Shown: positions 15,664 through 25,765 of the stretch, one piece after another | Layout: each line of letters begins with the position of its first letter | How positions within the stretch are numbered: position 1 is the first letter of the stretch | Source: an uncultured Eubacteriales bacterium | GTDB lineage: Bacteria > Bacillota > Clostridia > Christensenellales > UBA1242 | Reading direction: 5' to 3' | Assembly (NCBI GenBank): GCA_949001935.1 | Contig: CARJLX010000001.1 | Location: forward strand, 115 to 64,114 | DNA length: 64,000 bases | Notes under the pieces: model-generated | Told to the model about the DNA's origin: nothing | Databases searched by the model: none | The model's input: only the letters and a program-made list of their open reading frames with translations | Made by a program: the position numbers and the translations under genes

Positions 15664-18458
15664 ATGGCAAAGGTAAACAAAAAATTAATAATTTTAATGA
15701 TTCTTGTGTCAACAATTTTTTTTGTTGCTTTTGGGTCGGTTTTTGGCAGTTTATATAACAATCCTCTAAATGATTTGGCAGGTGAAACAGGAGATATTCC
15801 AACATTAGATGATTTTGATTTTCCTACTCCAACCAACAATATGTACTGGGATGAAACAGATGAAATCATGACCTTGATAGATTATTATTCTAATCTTGCT
15901 GAAGGGTCTACAGAATTGCCAGAAGATGTATGGCAAGGAACGGGAACTTTGAATGACCCATTTTTGATTTCGTCAGCAAAGGATTTGGTCTGGTTAGGTG
16001 TTATTTGTAATGGAGGTACTGCAAACATACAAACAATATATTTTGCAAATAAATATTTTAAACAAACTTGCAATATAGACTTGTCGGAATTTTGGTGGGA
16101 GCCTATTGGGGGATATAACACAATAGTTAAATTGTCAAGTGGAAGCACAACTACATTGCAACATAGAGTAACAGGAACATATGACGGCAATGGTTATGAA
16201 ATTTCTGGTGTATATACAAATTCAAATGAAAGAACTTGCACTCATTTGTTTAAAGGTGCAAATGCAACTTATACTACAACTGGTTTTCAAAAAAGATCCG
16301 TTGGTTTGTTTGGATCAAAGTCCGGAAAAGAAATTTGTAATTTAGGAATAGTAAATTCATATATAAAAGGTGCAGATTATGCAAGTGCGAATTATGTAGG
16401 TGCGATTTCAGGTTATCAAGGAACAATCAAAAATTGTTATTCAAATGCAAGTGTTGTTGGGAGATATTATGTTGGAGGCCTTGTTGGTTATCGTCCAACA
16501 TTAAATAGCAAATCAAATTGTAGTTTTTTTGGGGATGTTATTGGTCTAGGTGTTTATACTGGAGGAATAGCGGGTGAAATAAATACTGCAGCGTATGATT
16601 GTTATAATTCTGGTACAATTAGAAGTTATAAAAATAACGCTGGTGGCATTACTGGTTTGTCAACTGCTGGAATTTATCGTTGCTATAATACTGGAAATGT
16701 GACTGGAGTGAATAATGTTGGCGGAATAACTGCGTATACTGGTACAACTGCAAAAACTATTAATAGTTGTTATAATACTGGAGTTATCAAAGGTAGTGGC
16801 AATTATGTTGGAGGGATATCTGGTTATGGATATTCAAATTTATCAAATTGTTATAACAAAGGTGTTGTTGAAGGAGTTGTGTAGGAGGCTTAGTAGGTTA
16901 TCGTGCAAATACAATCACAAATTCATTTAATGTAGGACAAGTTATTGGGCAAACTAATGTTGGGGCATTGGTTGGCAATGTCAACACAACTATGGATCAT
17001 TGTTATTTTGGTGGGGATTGCGATTTAGAGTTTGGCTTAGGCAGTTCTACCCAAGAAAAAGGCATAAAATTTACTCGACCAATGGCTGAAACAGTGAAAA
17101 ATATTAAATGGTATTTTGAAGAAGATAATTGGAATTATAGCAGCAGTGCAAATATATGGGATTTTATTTATTGGAGGATTGACGAAACCAAAAATGATGG
17201 TTTTCCATATTTGGGAGGAAATACAACTTGGAAAAACAGCAAAGAAGTTGCAAATTTAATTTCTTCTGGCATAGGAGTAAATCATTTTAGTGGTGCAGGC
17301 ACTCAAACAAATCCATATTTAATAAACAACGAACTAGACTTTGCATGGTTGGGATCTGGCCAATTTAGCACAGCTGGATTGTACTTTAAACAAACACGAG
17401 ATTTGGATATGTCTAAATATATGTGGCAATCAAGCAGTTTTTCAGGTATTTATGATGGATATAATCATTCTATTTCGGGCATATATTTCACTTCTTCTAG
17501 CAATGCGGCTTTGTTTACTAATGTGGGTGGATATAATGATGCAGAAGGAAATGCTATGCCTGGCAAGATTTTAAATTTAACATTAAAAGATTCACAAATA
17601 ATTGCCCAAATTTATACTTCCTCTTATGTAAGTGTTGGCGGAATTGCTGCTAGTTGTGGCAATGTTTTGATAGAAAATTGTACTAACGAAGCCGATGTTT
17701 ACGCTATGGGGAAAGCTGGAATGGTGGAAATGAAAGCTGGAGGTATTGCAGCATATGCTGAGAGTGGTTACGGTGCAGTTTTAGTAAAAAATTGCATCAA
17801 TAAAGGTTACATTCGCGGTGAGGGTTATCGTTCGCTAGGTGGTATTGCTGGAGAAAGAGTTAATGTTGAAAACTGCAAAAATTATGGCGAGATATTATCT
17901 AAATCTGCACTTACTGTTGGTGGTATTATAGGCATTGCAGAAAATTCTAAATATGTATTGAATTGTGAAAATTATGGAGAAATAACTTCAGCCGGACGCG
18001 TTGGAGGAATATCTGGCACTGGAGGGACCATTACAAATGGGGTTGTTTCTGGACTTGTTGAAAATTGTATCAATGTTGGGCAAGGCAAAAAAGCCATAAA
18101 TTGCATCAATTATGGAAATATCACCTGTGCTATTGATGATTTGACTAATTTTGGAGCAATATTGGGTAAATCGCCAGAAAATGTAGTTTCTACTTTAACA
18201 AATTGTTCTTCAAAGGGCAGCAGTAATGTTACTGGTTTAAAATTTAGTGGTGAAAATTGTTCTGTTAGAATAGATTCTTGCTTTGCTATTATAAATGAAG
18301 ACAAGATTTATTCAAGCGGCACTTTTGTAGATTTTGGTCTATGTCCAGGATATTTTCGGGATATTCCAGCACAGAAATCTTTGTTCTGGTTGGCAAATGG
18401 TGCACCTGATTTTGAAATACAATATTTTTTAGATAACGATTTTCGTTTACTTGCATAA
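15664..18458 (+). pseudogene. two-module GLUG-like beta-helix surface protein, reading frame broken at 16872-16884
   Basis: ORFs 15646-16884 and 16968-18458 are one gene. The second frame is open from 16872 and continues the repeat (VGGLVGYRANTITNSFNVGQVIGQTNVGALVGNV) straight after CYNKGVVEGVV*. N-terminal TM anchor. Confidence 0.65.
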
Positions 18459-18463
18459 ATTAT

Positions 18464-18490
18464 AAAAATCACGCAAAAGCGTGATTTTTT
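18464..18490 (+). terminator. rho-independent terminator
   Basis: AATCACGC-AAAA-GCGTGATT followed by TTTTT. Confidence 0.8.
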
Positions 18491-18525
18491 GTTGTATTTT
18501 AACTTTTTTCTACAAAAATTGGGTA

Positions 18526-18554
18526 TTGACACTCTGGTTGCTTTGTTGTATAAT
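18526..18554 (+). promoter_or_regulatory. sigma-A promoter TTGACA-17-TATAAT
   Basis: Consensus hexamers with 17-nt spacing, 17 nt upstream of the ATG at 18571. Confidence 0.6.
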
Positions 18555-18570
18555 TTGACTAGGAGAAATT

Positions 18571-21500
18571 ATGAAAAAATTTTGTCTTAGTTTAATTTGT
18601 TTTGTCGTCCTACTTTTTGTGGGATTTTCTACATATTATATTGTTCGAAACAATGAAAATATCACCTACACTGTAAGTGATAGAGATGTTATATATTTAA
18701 ATTTAGGCGAAAGTATCACTTCACCTATTATTCATGATAATAAAGCTCCAAGCACTAAAATTGATGTTTCTATGTCTAATGCAAATGTTGTTTATAATTC
18801 TGTTGAAAACACTTTTTTTGCAAATAAGACGGGCAGTACAACAATTGCTTGCGTGCCTTCCAATGCGAATTTTTCTTCAATTACATTTACTATTGAAATT
18901 GGAGATGGTTCTATAAATCATCCTTTCTTTATTAGAAATGAGGAGGATTTGCATAAGATTGGACAAGGTGATTGGACTTTGGCATCAAATTACAGGCTTG
19001 TTTCAGATATCAAATTAACTGAAAATTTTAAGACGATTGGCGATGAGCAAAGTGCTTTTATTGGAAGTTTATTTGGTGGGGAGAACATGCATTCTATTTC
19101 CAATTTAAACATTATTTCAAATTCGAATTGTGCTGGATTATTTGCACATCTTGGTGCTTCAGCCAAAATTGAAAGGGTTAAATTTGAGAATGTGACTATT
19201 GTTGGTGATTATGATTATGCTGGAGTTATTGCAGGTATTAGTAAGGGCTTTATTGGGCAATGCAGTGCTAATGGTGTACAAATTACAAATTCTTCAAGCA
19301 AAGGTTACACAGGTGGGTTTGTTGGTTTGAATGAAAGTCAAGGAGGAAATGGACAGATTTCTCTTTGTACTTTTAATGGGGATATAGAAGCAAGAAATTT
19401 TGCAGGTGGTCTTGTTGGTTACAATAAAGGTGGAATTATAGATAATTGTAAAACAACAATGAATATTAATCTCTTATCTTCAAATTCTGTTTTTGGGGGA
19501 GTTGTTGGTAAAAGTGAATATACATCTTTTGACTATGATGGAAAAACTAAATATTCAAATGCTAGATATATCAATATTTTAACAAGTTTAAATAAAGTTG
19601 GAGCAATTGGTTCTTATTATACAATTTTAGGGCAATCAAATGTTTTAGGAAATCAACTTGGAACTTACACTTATTATGATATGCTTTTAACTTGTTCTTC
19701 AACAAGTTATCAACCGCTTGGAAATATTGGAAATGATTATGATTTAATTAATGAAGGAACAACATCAGTAAATTACTATTCCAACTTAACACCAGAGCAA
19801 CTTGTTGAAAGGTCTAGTTTCACAGGCCCTGCAGGCTCAACATGGGATTTTACTTCCAATGCAAGTGAAGATAAACTTCCAACTTGGCTTATTAATAGGG
19901 ATACTATTATTCAAATTAATTATGAAAATTCTGAATATCCAAAACTTCCAGCGTCTGCAAATGGCGAAATAGAAGAAATTACAACACATACTCAAATTAG
20001 AAATGCTCTTGACCTTTTAAGAAAATATCCTAATGCCAATTTTGCATTTAGGGTTGTTTCACACCTAACTTCTAATGGTGATGTTTATGCAGATTTTAAT
20101 CTAGATTATGGCGGTGCGGAGATATTACCTATAGGAACTTTAGAAAAACCTTTTATTGGCAAGTTTATTGTTGATAGCGATGTTAGTTTGATAATAAGAA
20201 ATTATAAAATTTCAAACGATGATTATTCAGGTTTCTTTGGAGTAGCACAAGGTAGAGATACCTTAATCGAAAATATTACTTTTAGTAACGGTTCTTATTC
20301 AGGTAATAATATTGGTGGTATTGTTGGTTTGAATGATGGAGCAACAATAAACAATTGCAAAATCAATGGTCTTACAATAAATGTAGATGGTGTTGCTGGT
20401 GGAATGGTCGCTATTAATAAGGGAACTATTAGTGCAACAGAGAATATTAATGTTGGTGCATATACTGTAATGAATAGTGATAAATGTAATTTTGAGATTA
20501 AAAAAATTATGCAAAATGAAGTTGTTATTGGCAATGTCGTTGGAGAAAATCATGGCACAATAAGTGATCTTGAAATTAATTTGACTTCAAACATCTTCTT
20601 TGAAGAAAGTGACAAGCCTGTTTATTTTGGTGGAATAGCAGGTCGTCAGTATTCAGGAGAAATAGATACTTGTAGATTAAGTAGTATTTCAACTCAAAAT
20701 GCCGACAGGTTATTGGGTAAAGTTTATGTTGGTGGTCTTGTTGGCTATCTTGATGGTGGCACTATATCAAACTCTTATACTTCTGCGGGTGATTTGGAAT
20801 TATCCATAACTCGCGATACAATAGGTGGAGGCATTGCTGGCTTTTTAGGAAGCAATGGTTTAATAGAAAGTTGTGTTTCCGCTGGCGGAACAATTGCGGC
20901 TAAATATGCGGGTGGAATTGCTGGAGTTCAATATGGAATAATTAATAAGTCTGCTGTGATGGAAAGCATGTCAATAATAGGAGATGAAGTAGGTGGAATT
21001 GTCTATGATTGTCGGGGACAAATTAGAAATTCTTATTCACTTGCATCATTACAAGGTTCATCAGTTGAGGCAGGTTTTGCAACTTATTTGAATAATGGGG
21101 CTTCTATCAAATATTGTTATAATTATTGTGCTTATTTAGGTTCTGGAAAAGGTTATTGCGAAAGCGCAACTTCATTTAGAAGTAGCAAGGGTAATAGAGA
21201 ATTTACTAACAATATAATTGTTGGGGAAAATGTAGGAAATGAATTGATTATTTTTGGGGATATGTTTATATCTAATGCTATTCAGCGTGATGGCTCAAAA
21301 CAAGTTGCAATACAAACAAATAGTATGGGAGGAAAGGGTTCTTACACTATTGTTTCGCAAGATGCTGCATTTGGAGCAAATAGTTTTGATGAGTTTACAA
21401 AAATAGGTTTTGATAGCAATGTCTGGGAAATAGTACAAAAATCTATTGATGACTTAACTTTTGATGTTGTTGAGACATTTAAACAAAGATGTGATCAATT

Positions 21501-21969
21501 TAGTGAACAATTGCAAACATATCTTAATGAAATAAAAAATGCTGATGATTTAACACAAGAGCTTATTGAAGCACTTAAAAAGGCAAACATTTCTAATGAT
21601 GCTACTATAGAAAATCAACCTAGGTATCTATCTACTTTAAATTTGCCACAAGTACCATTCCTTTATAGTTTTACATTGAAAATTTCTCTTGCCGATCAAT
21701 TTAATGGAGAGTTGGTTGCAAAGGAAAACGAAATGAAAGAGGCGGGTGCAAGTGAGGAAGAAATAACTGTTGAACTTGATGCTTTGAAAGCAAAACACAA
21801 TCAAATAAAAGCAATGGTTAAAGATCATTTGGAGGCTGTCATGGATAATGTTATTCCTTCAAACGATAAACTTTTCAGTGAGTTAACGCCTAATTTAGAA
21901 GAGAGCTCTTGGATATTTGATATAGATATTCCATCTAATATAATATTTAAAGGGGATGTTAAGGAATAA
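18571..21969 (+). CDS. giant GLUG-like beta-helix surface protein (1132 aa) with Ig-like domain and C-terminal coiled coil
   Basis: N-terminal TM anchor, Big_2-like segment (TIACVPSNANFSSITFTIEIGDGS), two helix modules with recurring (Y/F)xGG(I/L)xG repeats, helical acidic tail. No LPXTG motif or wall-binding repeats. Confidence 0.75.
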   Translation: MKKFCLSLICFVVLLFVGFSTYYIVRNNENITYTVSDRDVIYLNLGESITSPIIHDNKAPSTKIDVSMSNANVVYNSVENTFFANKTGSTTIACVPSNANFSSITFTIEIGDGSINHPFFIRNEEDLHKIGQGDWTLASNYRLVSDIKLTENFKTIGDEQSAFIGSLFGGENMHSISNLNIISNSNCAGLFAHLGASAKIERVKFENVTIVGDYDYAGVIAGISKGFIGQCSANGVQITNSSSKGYTGGFVGLNESQGGNGQISLCTFNGDIEARNFAGGLVGYNKGGIIDNCKTTMNINLLSSNSVFGGVVGKSEYTSFDYDGKTKYSNARYINILTSLNKVGAIGSYYTILGQSNVLGNQLGTYTYYDMLLTCSSTSYQPLGNIGNDYDLINEGTTSVNYYSNLTPEQLVERSSFTGPAGSTWDFTSNASEDKLPTWLINRDTIIQINYENSEYPKLPASANGEIEEITTHTQIRNALDLLRKYPNANFAFRVVSHLTSNGDVYADFNLDYGGAEILPIGTLEKPFIGKFIVDSDVSLIIRNYKISNDDYSGFFGVAQGRDTLIENITFSNGSYSGNNIGGIVGLNDGATINNCKINGLTINVDGVAGGMVAINKGTISATENINVGAYTVMNSDKCNFEIKKIMQNEVVIGNVVGENHGTISDLEINLTSNIFFEESDKPVYFGGIAGRQYSGEIDTCRLSSISTQNADRLLGKVYVGGLVGYLDGGTISNSYTSAGDLELSITRDTIGGGIAGFLGSNGLIESCVSAGGTIAAKYAGGIAGVQYGIINKSAVMESMSIIGDEVGGIVYDCRGQIRNSYSLASLQGSSVEAGFATYLNNGASIKYCYNYCAYLGSGKGYCESATSFRSSKGNREFTNNIIVGENVGNELIIFGDMFISNAIQRDGSKQVAIQTNSMGGKGSYTIVSQDAAFGANSFDEFTKIGFDSNVWEIVQKSIDDLTFDVVETFKQRCDQFSEQLQTYLNEIKNADDLTQELIEALKKANISNDATIENQPRYLSTLNLPQVPFLYSFTLKISLADQFNGELVAKENEMKEAGASEEEITVELDALKAKHNQIKAMVKDHLEAVMDNVIPSNDKLFSELTPNLEESSWIFDIDIPSNIIFKGDVKE

Positions 21970-22000
21970 AAAAAGACCGATTTTAAAATCGGTCTTTTTT
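21968..22000. terminator. bidirectional terminator (palindrome AGACCGATTTTAAAATCGGTCT)
   Basis: A-run before and T-run after. Lies between convergent genes. Confidence 0.8.
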
Positions 22001-22009
22001 CGTCACAAA

Positions 22010-22276
22010 TTATTCAGCGGCAGAAACTTTATTGTATTCTTCCATAATCGCTGTTCTAATAAGTTCGCGGGTTTCTGTGTTGATTGGATGAACGATATCT
22101 TTATATTCGCCTTCAGGAGTTTTTCTTGATGGCATTGAAATGAAAAGACCGTCTTTTCCAAGGATGATTTTGATGTCATGTACTACAAAGCAATCTTCAA
22201 TAGTGATTGAAGCTACAGCTTTAAGTTTAGCATCTTCTTTTGAAACCATTCTTACTCTAACATCTGTGATTTTCAA
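22010..22276 (-). CDS. spoVG: septation protein SpoVG
   Basis: [59 protein letters not shown] start. Confidence 0.9.
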   Translation of the reverse strand: MKITDVRVRMVSKEDAKLKAVASITIEDCFVVHDIKIILGKDGLFISMPSRKTPEGEYKDIVHPINTETRELIRTAIMEEYNKVSAAE

Positions 22277-22446
22277 GTCCTTATACCTTCCTTTTTTAAG
22301 TTTTCTTTCGCTTATAATCTTTAAGCCTAGTTATATAATACTATTTTTTACGATTTTTACCAAATAATTTTAAATCTTTTATAAATTTTTTTAAAGATTT
22401 ACTCTTTCTTGACAACATAAAGAGGTCTTTTTTCATAAATTTTATT

Positions 22447-23181
22447 ATGGTTTACAATTTTAATGGGGTAAAAGTTAAATATGAAGTGATAGAGAGCAAA
22501 GAGGGAGATGCTTCCAAACCGCCACTACTTTTATTGCATGGCTGGGGTTGTGATGGCAAAATTTTTGATAATTTCATTTCTTTATTGTCCAATAGAAAAA
22601 TTATAGTCTTGGATTTCCCGCCCTTTGGTGAAAGCAATGTAGAACCAAGTGGATGGAATGTTTTTACATATGCAAACATGATTCTAGGATTATGTCAGCA
22701 CTTAAATATCAAAAAAGTTGATGTATTAGGTCATTCATTTGGAGGAAGGGTTGCCATTATTTTAACCTCGCTTAGAAGTGATTTTATAAATAAATGTATT
22801 TTGGTTGATAGTGCAGGTTTAAAACCTCGGTATGGATGGAAATATTATTTCAAGCTATATTACTATAAAATTGCTAGATATTTTGGGTTTATGTTTAATA
22901 ATGCTGGTTCGGCGGATTATCAGGCATTATCTTATGAAATGAAAAAAGTTTTTGTTGCAATAGTAAATCAGCATTTAGACGATTATCTTCCCTTAATCAA
23001 AAAAAAGACTTTGATAATTTTTGGAGAAAACGACAAGGAAACGCCAATTTATATGGCTGAGCGATTACATAAAAATATTGAAAATAGCAGACTGGAAATT
23101 ATCAAAGGTGCAGGACATTTTTGCTTTTTAGATAATTTGTTAACTTTCTATCGATTGGTAGATGAATTTTTGGAGGAATAA
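22447..23181 (+). CDS. alpha/beta-fold hydrolase
   Basis: LLLLHGWG and nucleophile elbow GHSFGG, C-terminal GAGHF. Confidence 0.75.
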   Translation: MVYNFNGVKVKYEVIESKEGDASKPPLLLLHGWGCDGKIFDNFISLLSNRKIIVLDFPPFGESNVEPSGWNVFTYANMILGLCQHLNIKKVDVLGHSFGGRVAIILTSLRSDFINKCILVDSAGLKPRYGWKYYFKLYYYKIARYFGFMFNNAGSADYQALSYEMKKVFVAIVNQHLDDYLPLIKKKTLIIFGENDKETPIYMAERLHKNIENSRLEIIKGAGHFCFLDNLLTFYRLVDEFLEE

Positions 23182-24599
23182 TGATTTATTTTTTAGCTTG
23201 TTTTTTTAGTATTTTATTGCCATTTTGGAGTTATTTATTTTATAAAACTTATCAGCTAAGTGGTTATAGATTTGGAGATTTTTTTAATATTATTTTTACT
23301 AAAGGTTTGGCTTTTGGAGATAAAAATAGACTTAAACTTACAAAAAGAATGATTAGGGCTATAATTTGTCATATGGTGATATGCACAACTTTGCTTTTTT
23401 GCATATTTATTTTTGTTAAAACGCCCGGACTTATATTTTTAGATGTTTTAATGGTGTATCTTTTTTCACCTCTACTATTAATGCTTGCACATATTTGCAT
23501 GTTGCCAATTGAAAATTGCATTAAACTTTATTATATCAAAAAAGCAAAGAAAAAATTGGCACAAAAAGATGTTAAAATTATTGGGATTACAGGTTCATTT
23601 GGGAAAACCAGCACTAAAGACATTTTGACAAGCATTTTAGAAAAATCTTTTAAAATTTGCAAAACCCCATTAAATTACAATACTGAAATGGGATTAACTC
23701 GAACAATACTTGAGAAACTTGATGACGAGGATTTTTTAATAGCTGAAATGGGAGCAAGACATGTTGGTGATATTAGAAAATTGTGCGATATAGCAAAACC
23801 TGATTATGTGGTTTTGACGACAGTTGGCAATCAACATTTGGAAACATTTGGCAGTCTTGAAAACATAGAGAAAACTAAAAATGAAATTATAGAATATTCA
23901 AAAACAAATGCTCCTATTTTTGTTAATTGTGATAGTCCTTCTTCAAATAAAATTTATCATAATTGCAGAAAAAACAAGTTTGCGACTTGTCGATTTAATA
24001 CATACGCATATGCGACTGAAATCATATATAACAGGCATGGAAGTAAGTTTATATTACATTTAGACGGTGAAGAACTTGAAGTTTCTACTAAACTTTTAGG
24101 TAGATGTAATGTTGACAATATTGTGACTGCTTCAGCACTAGCATATTACCTTGGAATAAGTAAAACAGATATTATAAAAGCTATAAAAAATTTAAAACCT
24201 TCACCACATAGGCTTGAGCTTATAGAAAATAACAAAATTTGTGTACTTGATGATGCTTATAACTCCAATTTAACAGGTGCACAGGAAGCACTTAATGTTA
24301 TGTCTACTTTTAGAGGAAGAAAAATTGTTGTAACTCCTGGTTTAGTAGAAATGGGTTATGAAGGTAGTTCTGCCAATTTTAAACTTGGCTCGTATATAGC
24401 AGATATAGCTGAATATGTAATTATAATGAATGAGGTAAATAAAAATTATCTGCTTTCAGGATTGATTTCACATAACTTTGATAGGGAAAAGATATTTTTT
24501 GCTTCAACAAGAGAAGAACAGAAAAAAATTCTTGCAACTTTAACATGTGAAGAATGTGTGATTTTATTTGAAAATGACCTGCCTGATAATTATAAATAA
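23181..24599 (+). CDS. murF: Mur ligase, MurF-like, with hydrophobic N-terminal extension
   Basis: P-loop GITGSFGKTSTK near residue 135 and C-domain PHRLELI..VLDDAYNSN. Adjacent to ddl. The first ~120 aa are predicted TM segments rather than a normal MurF N-domain. Confidence 0.7.
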   Translation: MIYFLACFFSILLPFWSYLFYKTYQLSGYRFGDFFNIIFTKGLAFGDKNRLKLTKRMIRAIICHMVICTTLLFCIFIFVKTPGLIFLDVLMVYLFSPLLLMLAHICMLPIENCIKLYYIKKAKKKLAQKDVKIIGITGSFGKTSTKDILTSILEKSFKICKTPLNYNTEMGLTRTILEKLDDEDFLIAEMGARHVGDIRKLCDIAKPDYVVLTTVGNQHLETFGSLENIEKTKNEIIEYSKTNAPIFVNCDSPSSNKIYHNCRKNKFATCRFNTYAYATEIIYNRHGSKFILHLDGEELEVSTKLLGRCNVDNIVTASALAYYLGISKTDIIKAIKNLKPSPHRLELIENNKICVLDDAYNSNLTGAQEALNVMSTFRGRKIVVTPGLVEMGYEGSSANFKLGSYIADIAEYVIIMNEVNKNYLLSGLISHNFDREKIFFASTREEQKKILATLTCEECVILFENDLPDNYK

Positions 24600-24611
24600 A
24601 AAGGAGAGAAA

Positions 24612-25733
24612 ATGAAAAATATATGTGTAATATTTGGTGGAAAAAGTGTAGAACATGACATTTCAATTATAACTGCAATGCAGGTGCTTTCACATTTACC
24701 TAAGGGGTATAATTTTATTCCAGTATATATAGATAGAGATAATCATTTTTGGCTTGCAGATAATTTAGACAAAGCACAAACTTTTTTAGATTTTTCAAAA
24801 AATGCAAAAAATAAACGAGCCTGTTCTTTCGTGGCTGGCGCTAGTAGATTAACAGAGGTAAAGAATGGAAAGTTTAAAAAAAGTTGTTTTATTCATGGTG
24901 CAGTACTTTGTTGTCATGGTGGAGATGGTGAAGGTGGAGCATTACAGGGGATGCTCAAACTTTGCAAAATTCCTTTTACTAGTCCAGATTTTAAATCCAG
25001 TGCAATTTGTATGGATAAAGTTTTGTCAAAATTAATTCTAGATTCAAAAAATATAAAAACAATAGACTTTGTTGATTTTTATTATGATGATTTTATTGAA
25101 AACAAATCTTTCTATATTGAAAAAGTAGAAAGAGAACTTGGATATCCTGTTATTATCAAACCTTCAAGACTTGGCAGCAGTGTTGGTGTGCACATATGTG
25201 CAAACAGAGAGGAATTTTATAATGCTCTTGAAATTGCTAATGAATATGATTGCAAAATTCTTGTGGAAAAATATTTGACTGCATGTAAAGAGTATGCATG
25301 TGCATGTATGCAAATAAATGGAAAGATATTTTTATCAAGGGTTGATGAGATAAATAAAACAGATATTTACACCTTCCAAGACAAATATCTTTCTAAGAAA
25401 GTTGTTACAAAAAAAGTTGATAAATCTTTGCAGGAAGAAATCAAGAAATTAACATCTAGTGCATATAAATATTTAGAATGTTCTGGGCTTGTCCGTGTAG
25501 ATTTTTTATACAGCCCAAAAGAGCATAGTTTGTATATTTGTGAAGTTAATACAATACCTGGTTCTCTTGCTTTTAATCTTTTTGAAGGCGTTGCATTTAG
25601 TGACCTAATTTCTAATTTAATTGAAAATTCTCTGCAAGAAAATGAGAAGCAAGATCCTTATATTTATTCGTTTACTAGTGACGCAATTAAACATTATATA
25701 ACTATAAGTAATACGAATAAACTTGCAAAATAA
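24612..25733 (+). CDS. ddl: D-alanine--D-alanine ligase
   Basis: N-terminal ICVIFGGKSVEHDISI plus ATP-grasp body (PVIIKPSRLGSSVGV, EVNTIPG). Confidence 0.9.
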   Translation: MKNICVIFGGKSVEHDISIITAMQVLSHLPKGYNFIPVYIDRDNHFWLADNLDKAQTFLDFSKNAKNKRACSFVAGASRLTEVKNGKFKKSCFIHGAVLCCHGGDGEGGALQGMLKLCKIPFTSPDFKSSAICMDKVLSKLILDSKNIKTIDFVDFYYDDFIENKSFYIEKVERELGYPVIIKPSRLGSSVGVHICANREEFYNALEIANEYDCKILVEKYLTACKEYACACMQINGKIFLSRVDEINKTDIYTFQDKYLSKKVVTKKVDKSLQEEIKKLTSSAYKYLECSGLVRVDFLYSPKEHSLYICEVNTIPGSLAFNLFEGVAFSDLISNLIENSLQENEKQDPYIYSFTSDAIKHYITISNTNKLAK

Positions 25734-25765
25734 TGCATAAATATACAATTTGTTTAAGGAGGAAT

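Noticed and set aside
16968-18458. Independent 496-aa CDS starting at TTG 16968.
   Set aside because: There is no RBS. The same frame is open back to 16872 and encodes uninterrupted continuation of the upstream repeat. Treated as the 3' part of one frameshifted gene.
16200-21200. Periodic nucleotide repeats that might suggest a CRISPR or tandem-repeat array.
   Set aside because: The periodicity comes from protein-level VGG(I/L)xG / CYN.G beta-helix turns inside long ORFs. There are no identical direct repeats with unique spacers.
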